Shown here piece by piece: positions 1 to 9,291 of a stretch of DNA of 24,000 bases. Below the pieces are notes generated by a model. The model saw only the letters and a list, made by a program, of their open reading frames with translations. It made no database searches and was not told the DNA's origin. The DNA is taken from positions 22,546 through 46,545 of the forward strand of contig CAZGJX010000001.1 in NCBI GenBank assembly GCA_964525635.1. Direction: 5' to 3'. Positions within the stretch are counted from its first letter, which is position 1. The number at the start of each line of letters is the position of its first letter. The position numbers and the translations under genes were made by a program. This DNA is from an uncultured archaeon (lineage in GTDB: Archaea > Asgardarchaeota > Lokiarchaeia > Sigyniarchaeales > SOKP01).

Positions 1-416
1 CTGAACTTATCTCCTTTTTTATTAATTGAAGCATCAGAAATAATTAAATCAAGTTTATCGTTAAAATACGAAGAGATTTGCTCTTCTATTTCTTTTTCAA
101 TTATATTTCCTTTTAAAATCTTAATATTATTAATCGGAGTTATATGTTTGATATCAATACCCATGATCTTATAATCATCTCTATGATAATATTTATCATT
201 ATATATTACTAAATTCTTTTCAGCGATTTCTTTAGCTACCTGTAACCAAGATCCTGGTGCGCTTCCTATATCTAATATATAAAAAGCTCTTTTAAAAATG
301 TTATATCTATGTTGAATATCCAATAACTTATAAGCAGAACGTGCCCTATATCCTTCTTTTTTAGCTTTAAGGTAATGAGGATCTTGTTTATGTTTAAATG
401 ATTTATTACTCGGCAT
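1..416 (-). CDS. rlmE: 23S rRNA 2'-O-ribose methyltransferase RlmE/FtsJ family (N-terminal part; the 3' end runs off the window)
   Basis: Hand translation from the ATG at 416 (minus) gives MPSNKSFKHKQDPHYLKAKKEGYRARSAYKLLDIQHRYNIFKRAFYILDIGSAPGSWLQVAKE... This contains the FtsJ/RlmE hallmarks (R)SRAAYKL-like 'RARSAYKLLDI' and the SAM-binding 'DIGSAPGSW' (compare DLGAAPGGW). It is open to the window edge and is absent from the ORF track only because it is partial. Confidence 0.7.
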   Translation of the reverse strand, partial: MPSNKSFKHKQDPHYLKAKKEGYRARSAYKLLDIQHRYNIFKRAFYILDIGSAPGSWLQVAKEIAEKNLVIYNDKYYHRDDYKIMGIDIKHITPINNIKILKGNIIEKEIEEQISSYFNDKLDLIISDASINKKGDKF

Positions 417-438
417 AAAATATCAATTTTAATATTTA

Positions 439-1653
439 TTAAGAAGTTAAAATCCTTTTTAAAGAAAGTATATCCATATTTGTTTTAATAGATGTAAAAT
501 CAAAGTGAGTTCTTGATGCTTCATACCCTGCTTGTTTTATAATTTCAATTAATTGTTCTATTTTTGGTATTCTTTTACATTTTAATTGTTTACATAAATT
601 ATGTAAATTAAAATAATAAGCAGGCATATTTATCTCGTCTTGACAATATTTTAATATTTTTTCCAATCTTTTTTTATTTTTAAAATCAGATTTCTCATTT
701 AATATATGTAATATTTCAATAAATTCAGAATCATGTATTTCATCTAGCCATAAGGGCCCAGCATAATTAAATTTATTCAATTCTCCACAAATTTTACATG
801 TATCTGGTGATTCTAAATTTCTTTCTTGAATTGTAAATCTATGACCACATTTTTTACAATGAAAGATAAAACCATAATTTTTAATATATTTTGTAATGAG
901 ACTTTTCTTCTTAAAAGTTTTTACAAACACTCTAATGAAATGATTTGAATAAAAAGTTAATAATGGAATTATTCCCATGTTATTGATATTTGCTATTCTT
1001 GAGATAAAATAAATTAAGATACGAGCCCCAATTTCTTTACAAAATTTATTATGTAAAGGTTTAGCCATATATTTTCTTAAACACGCATCAGATTTAACAC
1101 CAAATAAAACCGCAGTGTCTGTTGCAGTTATACATATCATTCCCTCTTTTTGCTTAATTGCTTTAAAAGCAGGATCAATATACTTATTAGGAGTTCCCCA
1201 AGGATCAATTGAAATCACGTCTGGTTTTTTATATTTAGATTTGAAAGCAAGAGTACTTAATAAATGACTTGCGTTTTTATCTAATACTTTAATCTTTGCA
1301 TTTTCCTCCACCAGATTATTCAATCTTAAATTAATATTAATTAAATCTTTTGCAACTGGACTAATATCATTTATATAGATCTTTTTAATATTTTTACATT
1401 CTTTTAATAATCGAATAGAACTCACACCTGACCCCGCCATTGAATCCACAATAATTATATCTCTTTTATCATATAACTCCTGATAGGCTTGGATAGTTAA
1501 ACTCGTAATATCGCGATTTATCTCCATTTTTTTATTATAAAAAACATTCATAGATTTTGATGGTATTGCATCTACATCTTCTTTAAAGATGCTAAATCTA
1601 GCTAAACCTTCTTCTAAGATTTTTAATTTATTATCTTTTTCTATTGGATTCAC
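439..1653 (-). CDS. trm1: tRNA (guanine26-N2)-dimethyltransferase Trm1
   Basis: 404 aa. It has the SAM motif 'VDSMAGSGVSSIRLLKE' and 'ISIDPWGTP' (Trm1 DPFGSP-type motif). The C-terminal Cys cluster CKKCGH...CKICG is typical of archaeal Trm1. Confidence 0.8.
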   Translation of the reverse strand: MNPIEKDNKLKILEEGLARFSIFKEDVDAIPSKSMNVFYNKKMEINRDITSLTIQAYQELYDKRDIIIVDSMAGSGVSSIRLLKECKNIKKIYINDISPVAKDLININLRLNNLVEENAKIKVLDKNASHLLSTLAFKSKYKKPDVISIDPWGTPNKYIDPAFKAIKQKEGMICITATDTAVLFGVKSDACLRKYMAKPLHNKFCKEIGARILIYFISRIANINNMGIIPLLTFYSNHFIRVFVKTFKKKSLITKYIKNYGFIFHCKKCGHRFTIQERNLESPDTCKICGELNKFNYAGPLWLDEIHDSEFIEILHILNEKSDFKNKKRLEKILKYCQDEINMPAYYFNLHNLCKQLKCKRIPKIEQLIEIIKQAGYEASRTHFDFTSIKTNMDILSLKRILTS

Positions 1654-1876
1654 AGATTACATCTTAAAAATTTATTATTTTATACATCAAATAAAAGAAT
1701 ATCTCATATCTTCATATTAATTAATATTATCAATATATTAATTCATTTAATGTAATGTAGGATAATATAATAAGTATATTCTGTGCTATTATTGTTCCTT
1801 TACTTTGATATATTCTTTAGTTTATCTTTAGATCTTAATTCTTTATTAAATCTAATAGAATATCTTTCCAAAAATA

Positions 1877-2578
1877 CTAATTCATAAATCCAAAATCAGT
1901 CATATTTAATTTAAATTCTAGTACCTTATTTTTTGTAGAATGAGTTAGAATAAATTTCCTTTCTTTTAATTTTTGTGTTCTCTCAATTTTTAAAGCATTG
2001 GAAATCCAATAATTCATAACATTACCTCCACTTTGAATCTCTTTTGTTGATCCAATCTCAGTCTTTCTACTAACTTCATTTATTATTAATATTTCTACTT
2101 TGTATTTTTTATTTAAATATAATAAATTAGCTAATATCTGATTTAATTGATAATTAAGAGTAATAACATCTTTTTTTCGGTTTATATTTAAATTTAATCT
2201 ATATAAATCAGTTATAGAATCGATTATAATCAAACTAATTGATTTTTCTTCTATTAAATTCTTTAAAAATAAAAATTCTAGATTAAAGCTAATTTTATAT
2301 AGATTATCAAAATCTTTCAAATATATAAGAATAAAATTCTTTTTTTTTTGGGTGATTACATTATGTTGAGGCTTAAAAAGATTATTTATCTTATCTATAG
2401 GAAGGTTTGGTTTTGTATAAAAAAAAAGAACATTTTTATCATTTTTTATTGTATTTAAAGCTATTTGAAGAGCGTAAGTTGTTTTTCCAACTCCAAAATT
2501 ACCCCATATTGAAAAGATCCCATCAATAGGAGAATCTTTATCAAAAATAGTATTTAATTTAATTGTTGGAAAAATCAT
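1877..2578 (-). CDS. RecA-superfamily ATPase, RadB/KaiC-like
   Basis: 233 aa. It has a Walker A 'GNFGVGKTTYALQIA' and a Walker B-like 'LIIIDSITDLYR'. Size and layout match archaeal RadB (about 220-240 aa). Confidence 0.55.
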   Translation of the reverse strand: MIFPTIKLNTIFDKDSPIDGIFSIWGNFGVGKTTYALQIALNTIKNDKNVLFFYTKPNLPIDKINNLFKPQHNVITQKKKNFILIYLKDFDNLYKISFNLEFLFLKNLIEEKSISLIIIDSITDLYRLNLNINRKKDVITLNYQLNQILANLLYLNKKYKVEILIINEVSRKTEIGSTKEIQSGGNVMNYWISNALKIERTQKLKERKFILTHSTKNKVLEFKLNMTDFGFMN

Positions 2579-2624
2579 TTTTTTTATCTAGTTATTAATT
2601 TTATGATTAATTTATTATTATGAA

Positions 2625-2855
2625 TTGAATAAAGTTAAAATTTTTGTTCTGACAAATAATCCTAAATTCTTTTATAAAATAAATAAAGAGCTTAATGATC
2701 TAGGATATAAATTCAATATTATTGAATTTAAAGATATAATTCCTAATATTTCTTCTATTATTCTTACAACCTTGGAGGAATCTAAAAAGATCATAAATTT
2801 TAATAAAAATAAAGTGCTAATATTCCCTTATAACGAAAAAGAGGACTTTGATTAA
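2625..2855 (+). CDS. Hypothetical small protein (TTG start); possibly the N-terminal part of the next gene
   Basis: A 76-aa ORF with a TTG start and no recognisable motif. It overlaps the next ORF by 8 nt in a different frame. Confidence 0.3.
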   Translation: MNKVKIFVLTNNPKFFYKINKELNDLGYKFNIIEFKDIIPNISSIILTTLEESKKIINFNKNKVLIFPYNEKEDFD

Positions 2856-3483
2856 AATTTTTCAATGTGGGGCAAAGGATTATTCTAACTTGTTATTTTC
2901 AATTGATCCTGGACAAACTATTGGATTAGCTGTTTTCCTTGATGGATTTCTTTTTTATTCTAATTCTTTCTATGATAAGAAAAAACTCATTTCAGATATT
3001 AAAAAAACTATAAAGAATTTATCAGAAGATAATTTAACTCAATTAATTATATCCTTTAAATTTGGTAGAGGTGTTTTTTCTATAACTGTTGATCTAATCT
3101 CAGAGATCTATAAAATTTATAATGAGAAAGAGAAATTTAAAATTTATTTAATTAATGAATCAAAATCTTCAAAAATTAAACTTCATAAAATTTCTGATAA
3201 ATTATCTAAACATGAAGCATCTGCTGTAATACTTGCTCTTAGACCAGGGATTGAGGTAAATAAAGATAATTATTCAAAATTTATCGAATTAACTAAATCA
3301 GACAAAAATATACGAAAAAAAGTAGATGAAGAACTGACAATTATATCTTTTCTAAATCAAAATATTGACTTACTTAAATCAGTATTCCTTGATATAGTCG
3401 ATTGTAAAATACCTATTGATAAAGTTCTTGAATTTATTGAACAGAAAAAATTGATGAATAATATACCCTATTCAAAGAATTAA
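2848..3483 (+). CDS. Predicted RNase H-fold nuclease (RuvC/YqgF(RuvX)-like)
   Basis: 211 aa with a TTG start. 'FSIDPGQTIGLAVF' resembles the first acidic motif of RuvC/YqgF (GxDxGxxxxGxAv). 'LINESKSSK' resembles the YqgF DERxTT segment. 'HEASAVILAL' resembles the C-terminal D/E-x-x-AA-x-IL motif. This rests on motifs only. Confidence 0.35.
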   Translation: MIKIFQCGAKDYSNLLFSIDPGQTIGLAVFLDGFLFYSNSFYDKKKLISDIKKTIKNLSEDNLTQLIISFKFGRGVFSITVDLISEIYKIYNEKEKFKIYLINESKSSKIKLHKISDKLSKHEASAVILALRPGIEVNKDNYSKFIELTKSDKNIRKKVDEELTIISFLNQNIDLLKSVFLDIVDCKIPIDKVLEFIEQKKLMNNIPYSKN

Positions 3484-3520
3484 TAATTTTAGGTTAAAAG
3501 AGATTTTTTTTATTTATAAT

Positions 3521-3739
3521 CTAAGAATCTTTATGTTCATTAGAGTGAGAATCTTTACGTTTTTTTAATGCAATATCTACTGCTTTTTGGAGGTATTCCT
3601 CCCTTTTATTATTAAAATCAGGATCTGCCATATTAGTTATCATATTTTTTACCATAATATTTGCAATTCTTTCAGCATCATTTAGAGGTTCTTTCATTTC
3701 ATTATTTTCTTTTTTTTTTTCTTTCCCAGTATCATCCAT
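3521..3739 (-). CDS. Hypothetical small Lys/Glu-rich protein
   Basis: A 72-aa ORF at the distal end of the minus-strand gene string. No recognisable domain. Confidence 0.35.
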   Translation of the reverse strand: MDDTGKEKKKENNEMKEPLNDAERIANIMVKNMITNMADPDFNNKREEYLQKAVDIALKKRKDSHSNEHKDS

Positions 3740-3811
3740 ATACTTTTATCTCAACTTATTTTAAACAATTTATCAATAACTATTCTCTCGAAATATTATA
3801 CATTTAAAAGA

Positions 3812-4984
3812 TTAATTTTCTGGATAATTATGAAATAACTTACCCCAATCAGTTTTCATAAATTTCTCTATTCTTTTCTTTCCAATTGTTGGATACCAAA
3901 ACATATCATGATATATTAAAGATCCAAGAATAGGTAATGCCATAAAAGCTCTATTATGCATCAATGGTTCAATAAATTTTAAACGCCCCTTTCTAACCAT
4001 TTGATCTCCCCAGATTACGAGACTTCTTTTTACGGTGAAACTCCAATTTATATTGGAAACATCTTCTCCGATTATTTCGATTTGATCGAAATCTCCGCAT
4101 CCAAGTCCTTCATCATGTGCCAATTTTATAGCTGGTAATTTTAAAGGCTCAAATCCAAGCATTTTAGCCACAACGGTATCAACAGCAACTTGATCATATC
4201 CAGCAAGTAAATAATTTTTAATTCTTGGAATCATAGTTCTTGGTCCAGCACCATCACCACAGACTGTTCCATCCACTATGGCCATTATTTCAGGGTGAAT
4301 TTGTTTTTGGATAATCAGTAAATCAACTAATACTTCAGAAATATATTGATGACTAAAATGACGTCTTTTTGTTAAAAGCCCACCAAAAGCATTTTTCATA
4401 GCACAGGTAATCCCACCATTCTTCTGAGATTCATTTGTTTCTTTTAGAGATCCTCCCATAGCACCTGTATGACCATGGGTTTTCATTGTTGGTAAATGTA
4501 TAATTGGTTTTCCAAGATAAAATTTCGGAATTCTAAATCCCATTGGAAATATTTTAGAATCGAGTACATGTAATTCCTTATCTTTTAATGTTTCAAATTT
4601 TGATCTTAATTTTTCATTATAAGGAATAAATGGGATTTTAGTCAGAGGAACAAACCATGCACCATATTTTTTAATGATTGGACTCCATTTATTACCTTTT
4701 AGCCCCTTTGCTATATTGGTAACAACTGTACGATTTTCCGCAGTATAAAGGTTTTTTGGATTATATTGATCTTCCACCATAGTCTTAAGTATACCTTCTA
4801 ATTGCCATGGAGGACTAGAGCATGATGGAAAGAATTTTGACCAACTAAGATTAAGTTTAATAATTGTTTTAAGATCTTTTGGAAATCGTTTTTGATATTC
4901 TGCTAAATGCATCAGTTTTCTGTAATCTTCTAAAATAGTTTTATGAGATGTTTTTATGACGAAAATCTGAGGTTTTGCTTTCAT
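3812..4984 (-). CDS. DUF362 domain protein
   Basis: 390 aa. 'IVDGTVCGDGAGPRTMIPRIKNYLLAGYDQVAVDTVVAKMLGFEP...LAHDEGLG' matches the conserved DUF362 core (vDG...eG.GP..G.p......as.D.vA.D.v...lmG). Confidence 0.7.
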   Translation of the reverse strand: MKAKPQIFVIKTSHKTILEDYRKLMHLAEYQKRFPKDLKTIIKLNLSWSKFFPSCSSPPWQLEGILKTMVEDQYNPKNLYTAENRTVVTNIAKGLKGNKWSPIIKKYGAWFVPLTKIPFIPYNEKLRSKFETLKDKELHVLDSKIFPMGFRIPKFYLGKPIIHLPTMKTHGHTGAMGGSLKETNESQKNGGITCAMKNAFGGLLTKRRHFSHQYISEVLVDLLIIQKQIHPEIMAIVDGTVCGDGAGPRTMIPRIKNYLLAGYDQVAVDTVVAKMLGFEPLKLPAIKLAHDEGLGCGDFDQIEIIGEDVSNINWSFTVKRSLVIWGDQMVRKGRLKFIEPLMHNRAFMALPILGSLIYHDMFWYPTIGKKRIEKFMKTDWGKLFHNYPEN

Positions 4985-4994
4985 AATTAGTTAA

Positions 4995-5678
4995 TTAAAA
5001 GTAACTTCCTTTTTTTAATTTGTTAATTATTGTTTTCACATGTACAAGCGGATTTGAAAGAGAACCCATGCTAATAGATTTCTTTAATAAAAGACTATTT
5101 CTTATACTATCAAGAGATAGGTCAGTATCATTGATAAGAGTATAAGCATTTCCAATTTCTCCTCTCGTATGAGCATCAGATCCACCTGTTTCGAACAAAG
5201 AATGTTTTTTATTAAAATTTTTTGCTTTTTTAATGCAAGTTTTAAATATTATTCTAGAATTTAATATTTCTATTCCATCTATTTTTTTTTTTATAATTTT
5301 ATCATTTAGTAAATTTATTTTTAAATGATTTCGCCTTAAGAAATCAAAAGGATGAGGAATGATTACCAATCCATTATTTTCTTTAATCTTATCAACAACA
5401 TTAAAGAAATTATTATGTTTTATTGAAAATTCATGGTCAATAAAAAGACCAATAACTTCCCCTATATCAGTTTCAATTTCCATTCCGGGTATTACAATTA
5501 AATCATTAAATTTGGCCTCATTCTTTAATTGTTTATATGCTTTTAAATTATGATGATCACAGATAGCAAATCCATCTAAACCTTTTTTCTTTATGTATTT
5601 TATTATATCTTTTAGTTTAATATAAGAGTCTCCGGAATAAATAGAATGAATATGCAAATCTAATTTAATATTTACCAT
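4995..5678 (-). CDS. PHP (polymerase/histidinol phosphatase) family metal-dependent phosphoesterase
   Basis: 227 aa. It has the N-terminal 'DLHIHSIYSGDS', 'ICDHHN' and the C-terminal 'GGSDAH' His/Asp metal ligand motifs of PHP domains. Confidence 0.8.
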   Translation of the reverse strand: MVNIKLDLHIHSIYSGDSYIKLKDIIKYIKKKGLDGFAICDHHNLKAYKQLKNEAKFNDLIVIPGMEIETDIGEVIGLFIDHEFSIKHNNFFNVVDKIKENNGLVIIPHPFDFLRRNHLKINLLNDKIIKKKIDGIEILNSRIIFKTCIKKAKNFNKKHSLFETGGSDAHTRGEIGNAYTLINDTDLSLDSIRNSLLLKKSISMGSLSNPLVHVKTIINKLKKGSYF

Positions 5679-5696
5679 ATTAAATCATCATAATTA

Positions 5697-6647
5697 TTAT
5701 AATTTAAATAAATCTATAAAAAAATCTAGAATTTCGTCACCATAAAAAGAATATAATGTTATTATCCCCATTATTAAAAAAGCGATAATTATTCCTGTAT
5801 CAAAAAATGCTTTTTCTGTATTACGAGCAATATCAGGTCTTTCTGAGGTTAAGTACATATATCTCATAATAATATAGATAAGAACTGGAATTGAAAGAAT
5901 CATAATTGAATTCTTATCATCTAATAGATTTACAGGTAATAATTGAAATTTATAAAATAAATAAAGACAATAGGAAATAAAAATAGATGTTGCTGTTATG
6001 TTATGAAAGTTATCTAATATTTTTATCGAATATATACTATAGACTTTCTTATGTTTAATTGCATTTTCTTGATGTCCAAACATCATTAAATCTCCCTTTC
6101 TTTTTGCTATAACCAAAAAGAGAGCTACTTCAAAAATTAATAAAAACAACCAGGCAGATATTCCTTCATCTATTAAAAAACATCCTGCCAAGGATCTCCA
6201 TAGATATCCTGTAGATAAAATTAAAATATCAACAAAAGCATAATATTTAAAGAGAAGGTTATATAACTGCCCTGTAACAACAATTGCAATCAATATTAAT
6301 ATGAAATTCAAATTAACTGGTATTAAAAATATCAATGAAAATATGATAAAGAAACTTAGAGCTAAAATCAAAAAAACGGCAAATTTAACAGATAATTCAC
6401 CTGAAGCAAGGGGTTTTTTATTCAATTTCTCTTGATGTTCTTTATCCCTTTCAATATCTATAATGTCATTAATAATATAATTAATTGATGAGGTAAAACA
6501 TAATAGAATGAAACCTATCATTAGAGGGAAGTAATAATCGATTTTGAAGAGTTTTTCACTGAAGAAAATACCAACAAATATTAATAAATTCTTATAGTAT
6601 TGTCTAATTCTTAATAAATCGATTATATTTTTAACTGAATTTGACAT
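5697..6647 (-). CDS. UbiA-family prenyltransferase (polyprenyl-phosphate phosphoribosyltransferase-like subgroup)
   Basis: 316 aa and polytopic. It has the Asp-rich motif 'NYIINDIIDIERDKEHQEKLNKKPLASGELS' (NxxxDxxxD...K..RPlasG). The N-terminal 'LRIRQYYKNLLIF' resembles the RPxQWxKN motif of the DPPR-synthase-like UbiA branch. Confidence 0.7.
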   Translation of the reverse strand: MSNSVKNIIDLLRIRQYYKNLLIFVGIFFSEKLFKIDYYFPLMIGFILLCFTSSINYIINDIIDIERDKEHQEKLNKKPLASGELSVKFAVFLILALSFFIIFSLIFLIPVNLNFILILIAIVVTGQLYNLLFKYYAFVDILILSTGYLWRSLAGCFLIDEGISAWLFLLIFEVALFLVIAKRKGDLMMFGHQENAIKHKKVYSIYSIKILDNFHNITATSIFISYCLYLFYKFQLLPVNLLDDKNSIMILSIPVLIYIIMRYMYLTSERPDIARNTEKAFFDTGIIIAFLIMGIITLYSFYGDEILDFFIDLFKL

Positions 6648-6684
6648 TATTTTAATATATAATTATAATTGATATTAAATTTTA

Positions 6685-9216
6685 TTAATACATTATTTTA
6701 TCTGGTTTTATTTTTTTTAGTATTTTATACCCTATTTTTGACATTCCACTAGTTTCAGATTTTAATTGAATCATAGCACTATCATAACTAAAACTAATTA
6801 AATCAAGTTGCTTTAAAGATAATTCTATTGTTTTGTTAAATATATTTTCAATAATAACAATTGTCTCTGATTCCTCATTTTTTGTTTTTTTATTTTTATC
6901 AAAATTAATTTGTTTTTTAGAAATCTCCTTTAGATATCCTATTTCAACATTATTCACAGGCTTCTTTAAATAAAAATAAGATCTGATTTTATTGTTCAAT
7001 AGCCAATTCAATAATTCAGTTTCAGATTTTTTATACCTTTCACTTTTTCTAATTGAATAATAGATATTTTTAGGGCGAACTATTAAGTCTTTTAGACTTA
7101 ATTTAAAAATCTCTTTTTCACTGTTATTATTGTGATTTTTCATCAATTCTAATGTATAATTTGTATCCCCTGTTTTTTTTACATTTATACATTCAGTTAT
7201 TTGCAATATTCCTTTCGATTTTAAGAATAGATCTTTTCCTTGGAAGGTTTTTATTAAATCAAGAGAAATAGGTAATTTTGTTTTTTTTATTGGTTTTAAA
7301 ACTTTTTCTTCATTATTATTTACAAAGACATAGTTTCCATCATTGTTTTCTTTATTAAATTCTATCTCTTGTAAGATTAACGGTATATCTTTATTAAAAA
7401 CATAATGATTTCCAAATTTAACTTCTGTTTTTGGATATAGGAAAGAATTAAGATATTCTATTTTATTATTTTTTAGGTTTTCTATTTTATATTGAAAAGT
7501 ATCAGATATATCATCAATAAATTCGATATCCTTTATTTTCCCTAATATTAATTTACTATTAATTATATTTTTAAAGAGATAATCTTTTTCAAATTCATCT
7601 TTGTATAAATCTCTTATCTTTAAATCTTTTAAAAGATTGGAAATATCTTCTATATCAAATAATTCCTTAAATTTATTATTAGCAATTTCCTTAAATTCTA
7701 TTACTTGTTTTTCAAATTTTTTTCCATATTTTATCCTTTTTGAATTTTTGGCACATAACAAAGGAAGAATTGCTTCCTTGTAAGGATTTATATCATCACC
7801 TAAAATTGCAGCAATTCTATGGTAACTAGGGGGATGAGAATTAATAAAATTACCTAAGAGAGATATTCGGGAAGGTTTTACCATCGAATGACTAATATAT
7901 TTTGCTGTATCAATGTAATCTAATAATTGGTTATCTTTTGTTATTTTTTCTTCACAGAGTAACATTGTATTTAAACCAGTTTCTCGTCCAGATGCATAAA
8001 AACTTTCCAAATTATATAATGCTTTTGTTAATTCTATTTTATAACCGGCTTCTTTGGTCCTTAAATCAGCATATCCTTCAAGAATTCTAACAAAGAAATA
8101 AAGAATAATATAAATACCTATATTAATTATAATAAAATAAATTAATGGGATCTGAGGATTACCAAATGTGTAATCATAAAAAGTAGCTGGGATTTTTAAA
8201 AAATACCTTACTATTAAATCACCAATGGTAATAAAAGTGAGTATAAGTATATGATTTCCCTTAGTATGAGCAAGTTCATGTGCAATTATACCTTTTAACT
8301 CATCTTCTTTTATATTTTCAATATCATTAGCAATTATAGCAATTCTTTTATTAAAAAAAGGTCCATATGCTTGAGCATTCAAAATAGGGTATTTTCCAAA
8401 TCCAACTCTTACTTTTCCTTTAATTCCTATATCTTTTTTTACTTCTTCGACGATATTTAATAACTTCTCATCTTTTACTTCCTTGATACCTAAGAGTTTA
8501 TCAATAAAAGCTCCTGAAATAAAGTATATTATAATATTTATAACAATTAAGATAACGTAAATAATACTTAAGAGATCAAACTTAATATTAAATTCTAGAA
8601 GGATAGGATTAATAAATTGGCTAAGGAAGACTACAAATAACCATCCAATGATATATAAGAAGATAACAAGATATTGAGGGCTCATAAATCGCCAAACAAT
8701 TAAATATTTTCTACCAAATAATAAAAATCCTAATCCAAGAATGATCCAAAAAGAAAAAGCAAAGGTGGTATCTAGGACAATGGATGAAGTTAAAATCTTT
8801 GATTTTTCTAAATATGAAGATATAACCCCTGCTATAAAAATAAGATTATAGGTAATTAAAGAAATAGTCAAAAGTTTGTTGATTATAGGATACTCTTTTA
8901 ATTCAATGACACCAATCCATAAATAGATCGAAAATGCTCCCATAATGGAAGTCAATATATCTTTAGTAAAAACATATATGATAAAAAAGAAAAAAGCCAT
9001 AGCAATAAGATCGCTAAGCTCACTCCTTTTTCCATTTTTTGCCCATACATAAAATTCTTCTATAGTAATTGCAAATAAACATATCATTACCAAAAAGGCC
9101 CAATCTGAAAAAAGTTCTGCTAGATTTATTTTCAAATAAAAATATATAATAAGAAATGTGGATAAAGATCCAATAAGATAAATCAATAATAAACTGTATC
9201 TAGAAAATTTATTCAT
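6685..9216 (-). CDS. Large membrane-anchored M48 (HtpX/Ste24-type) zinc metalloprotease with a long C-terminal extension
   Basis: 843 aa. About 8 predicted TM helices are followed by 'IIAHELAHTKGNH' (HExxH), more TM segments, 'NSHPPSYHRIAAI' (the M48 C-terminal motif), and then roughly 380 aa of Lys/Asn-rich soluble sequence. Confidence 0.7.
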   Translation of the reverse strand: MNKFSRYSLLLIYLIGSLSTFLIIYFYLKINLAELFSDWAFLVMICLFAITIEEFYVWAKNGKRSELSDLIAMAFFFFIIYVFTKDILTSIMGAFSIYLWIGVIELKEYPIINKLLTISLITYNLIFIAGVISSYLEKSKILTSSIVLDTTFAFSFWIILGLGFLLFGRKYLIVWRFMSPQYLVIFLYIIGWLFVVFLSQFINPILLEFNIKFDLLSIIYVILIVINIIIYFISGAFIDKLLGIKEVKDEKLLNIVEEVKKDIGIKGKVRVGFGKYPILNAQAYGPFFNKRIAIIANDIENIKEDELKGIIAHELAHTKGNHILILTFITIGDLIVRYFLKIPATFYDYTFGNPQIPLIYFIIINIGIYIILYFFVRILEGYADLRTKEAGYKIELTKALYNLESFYASGRETGLNTMLLCEEKITKDNQLLDYIDTAKYISHSMVKPSRISLLGNFINSHPPSYHRIAAILGDDINPYKEAILPLLCAKNSKRIKYGKKFEKQVIEFKEIANNKFKELFDIEDISNLLKDLKIRDLYKDEFEKDYLFKNIINSKLILGKIKDIEFIDDISDTFQYKIENLKNNKIEYLNSFLYPKTEVKFGNHYVFNKDIPLILQEIEFNKENNDGNYVFVNNNEEKVLKPIKKTKLPISLDLIKTFQGKDLFLKSKGILQITECINVKKTGDTNYTLELMKNHNNNSEKEIFKLSLKDLIVRPKNIYYSIRKSERYKKSETELLNWLLNNKIRSYFYLKKPVNNVEIGYLKEISKKQINFDKNKKTKNEESETIVIIENIFNKTIELSLKQLDLISFSYDSAMIQLKSETSGMSKIGYKILKKIKPDKIMY

Positions 9217-9291
9217 GTTAATTTCCTTTAATAATCAATATTTCTTCTAATTAATCACAATAAATATTTTTACCTATTATTTTTGGATAAT

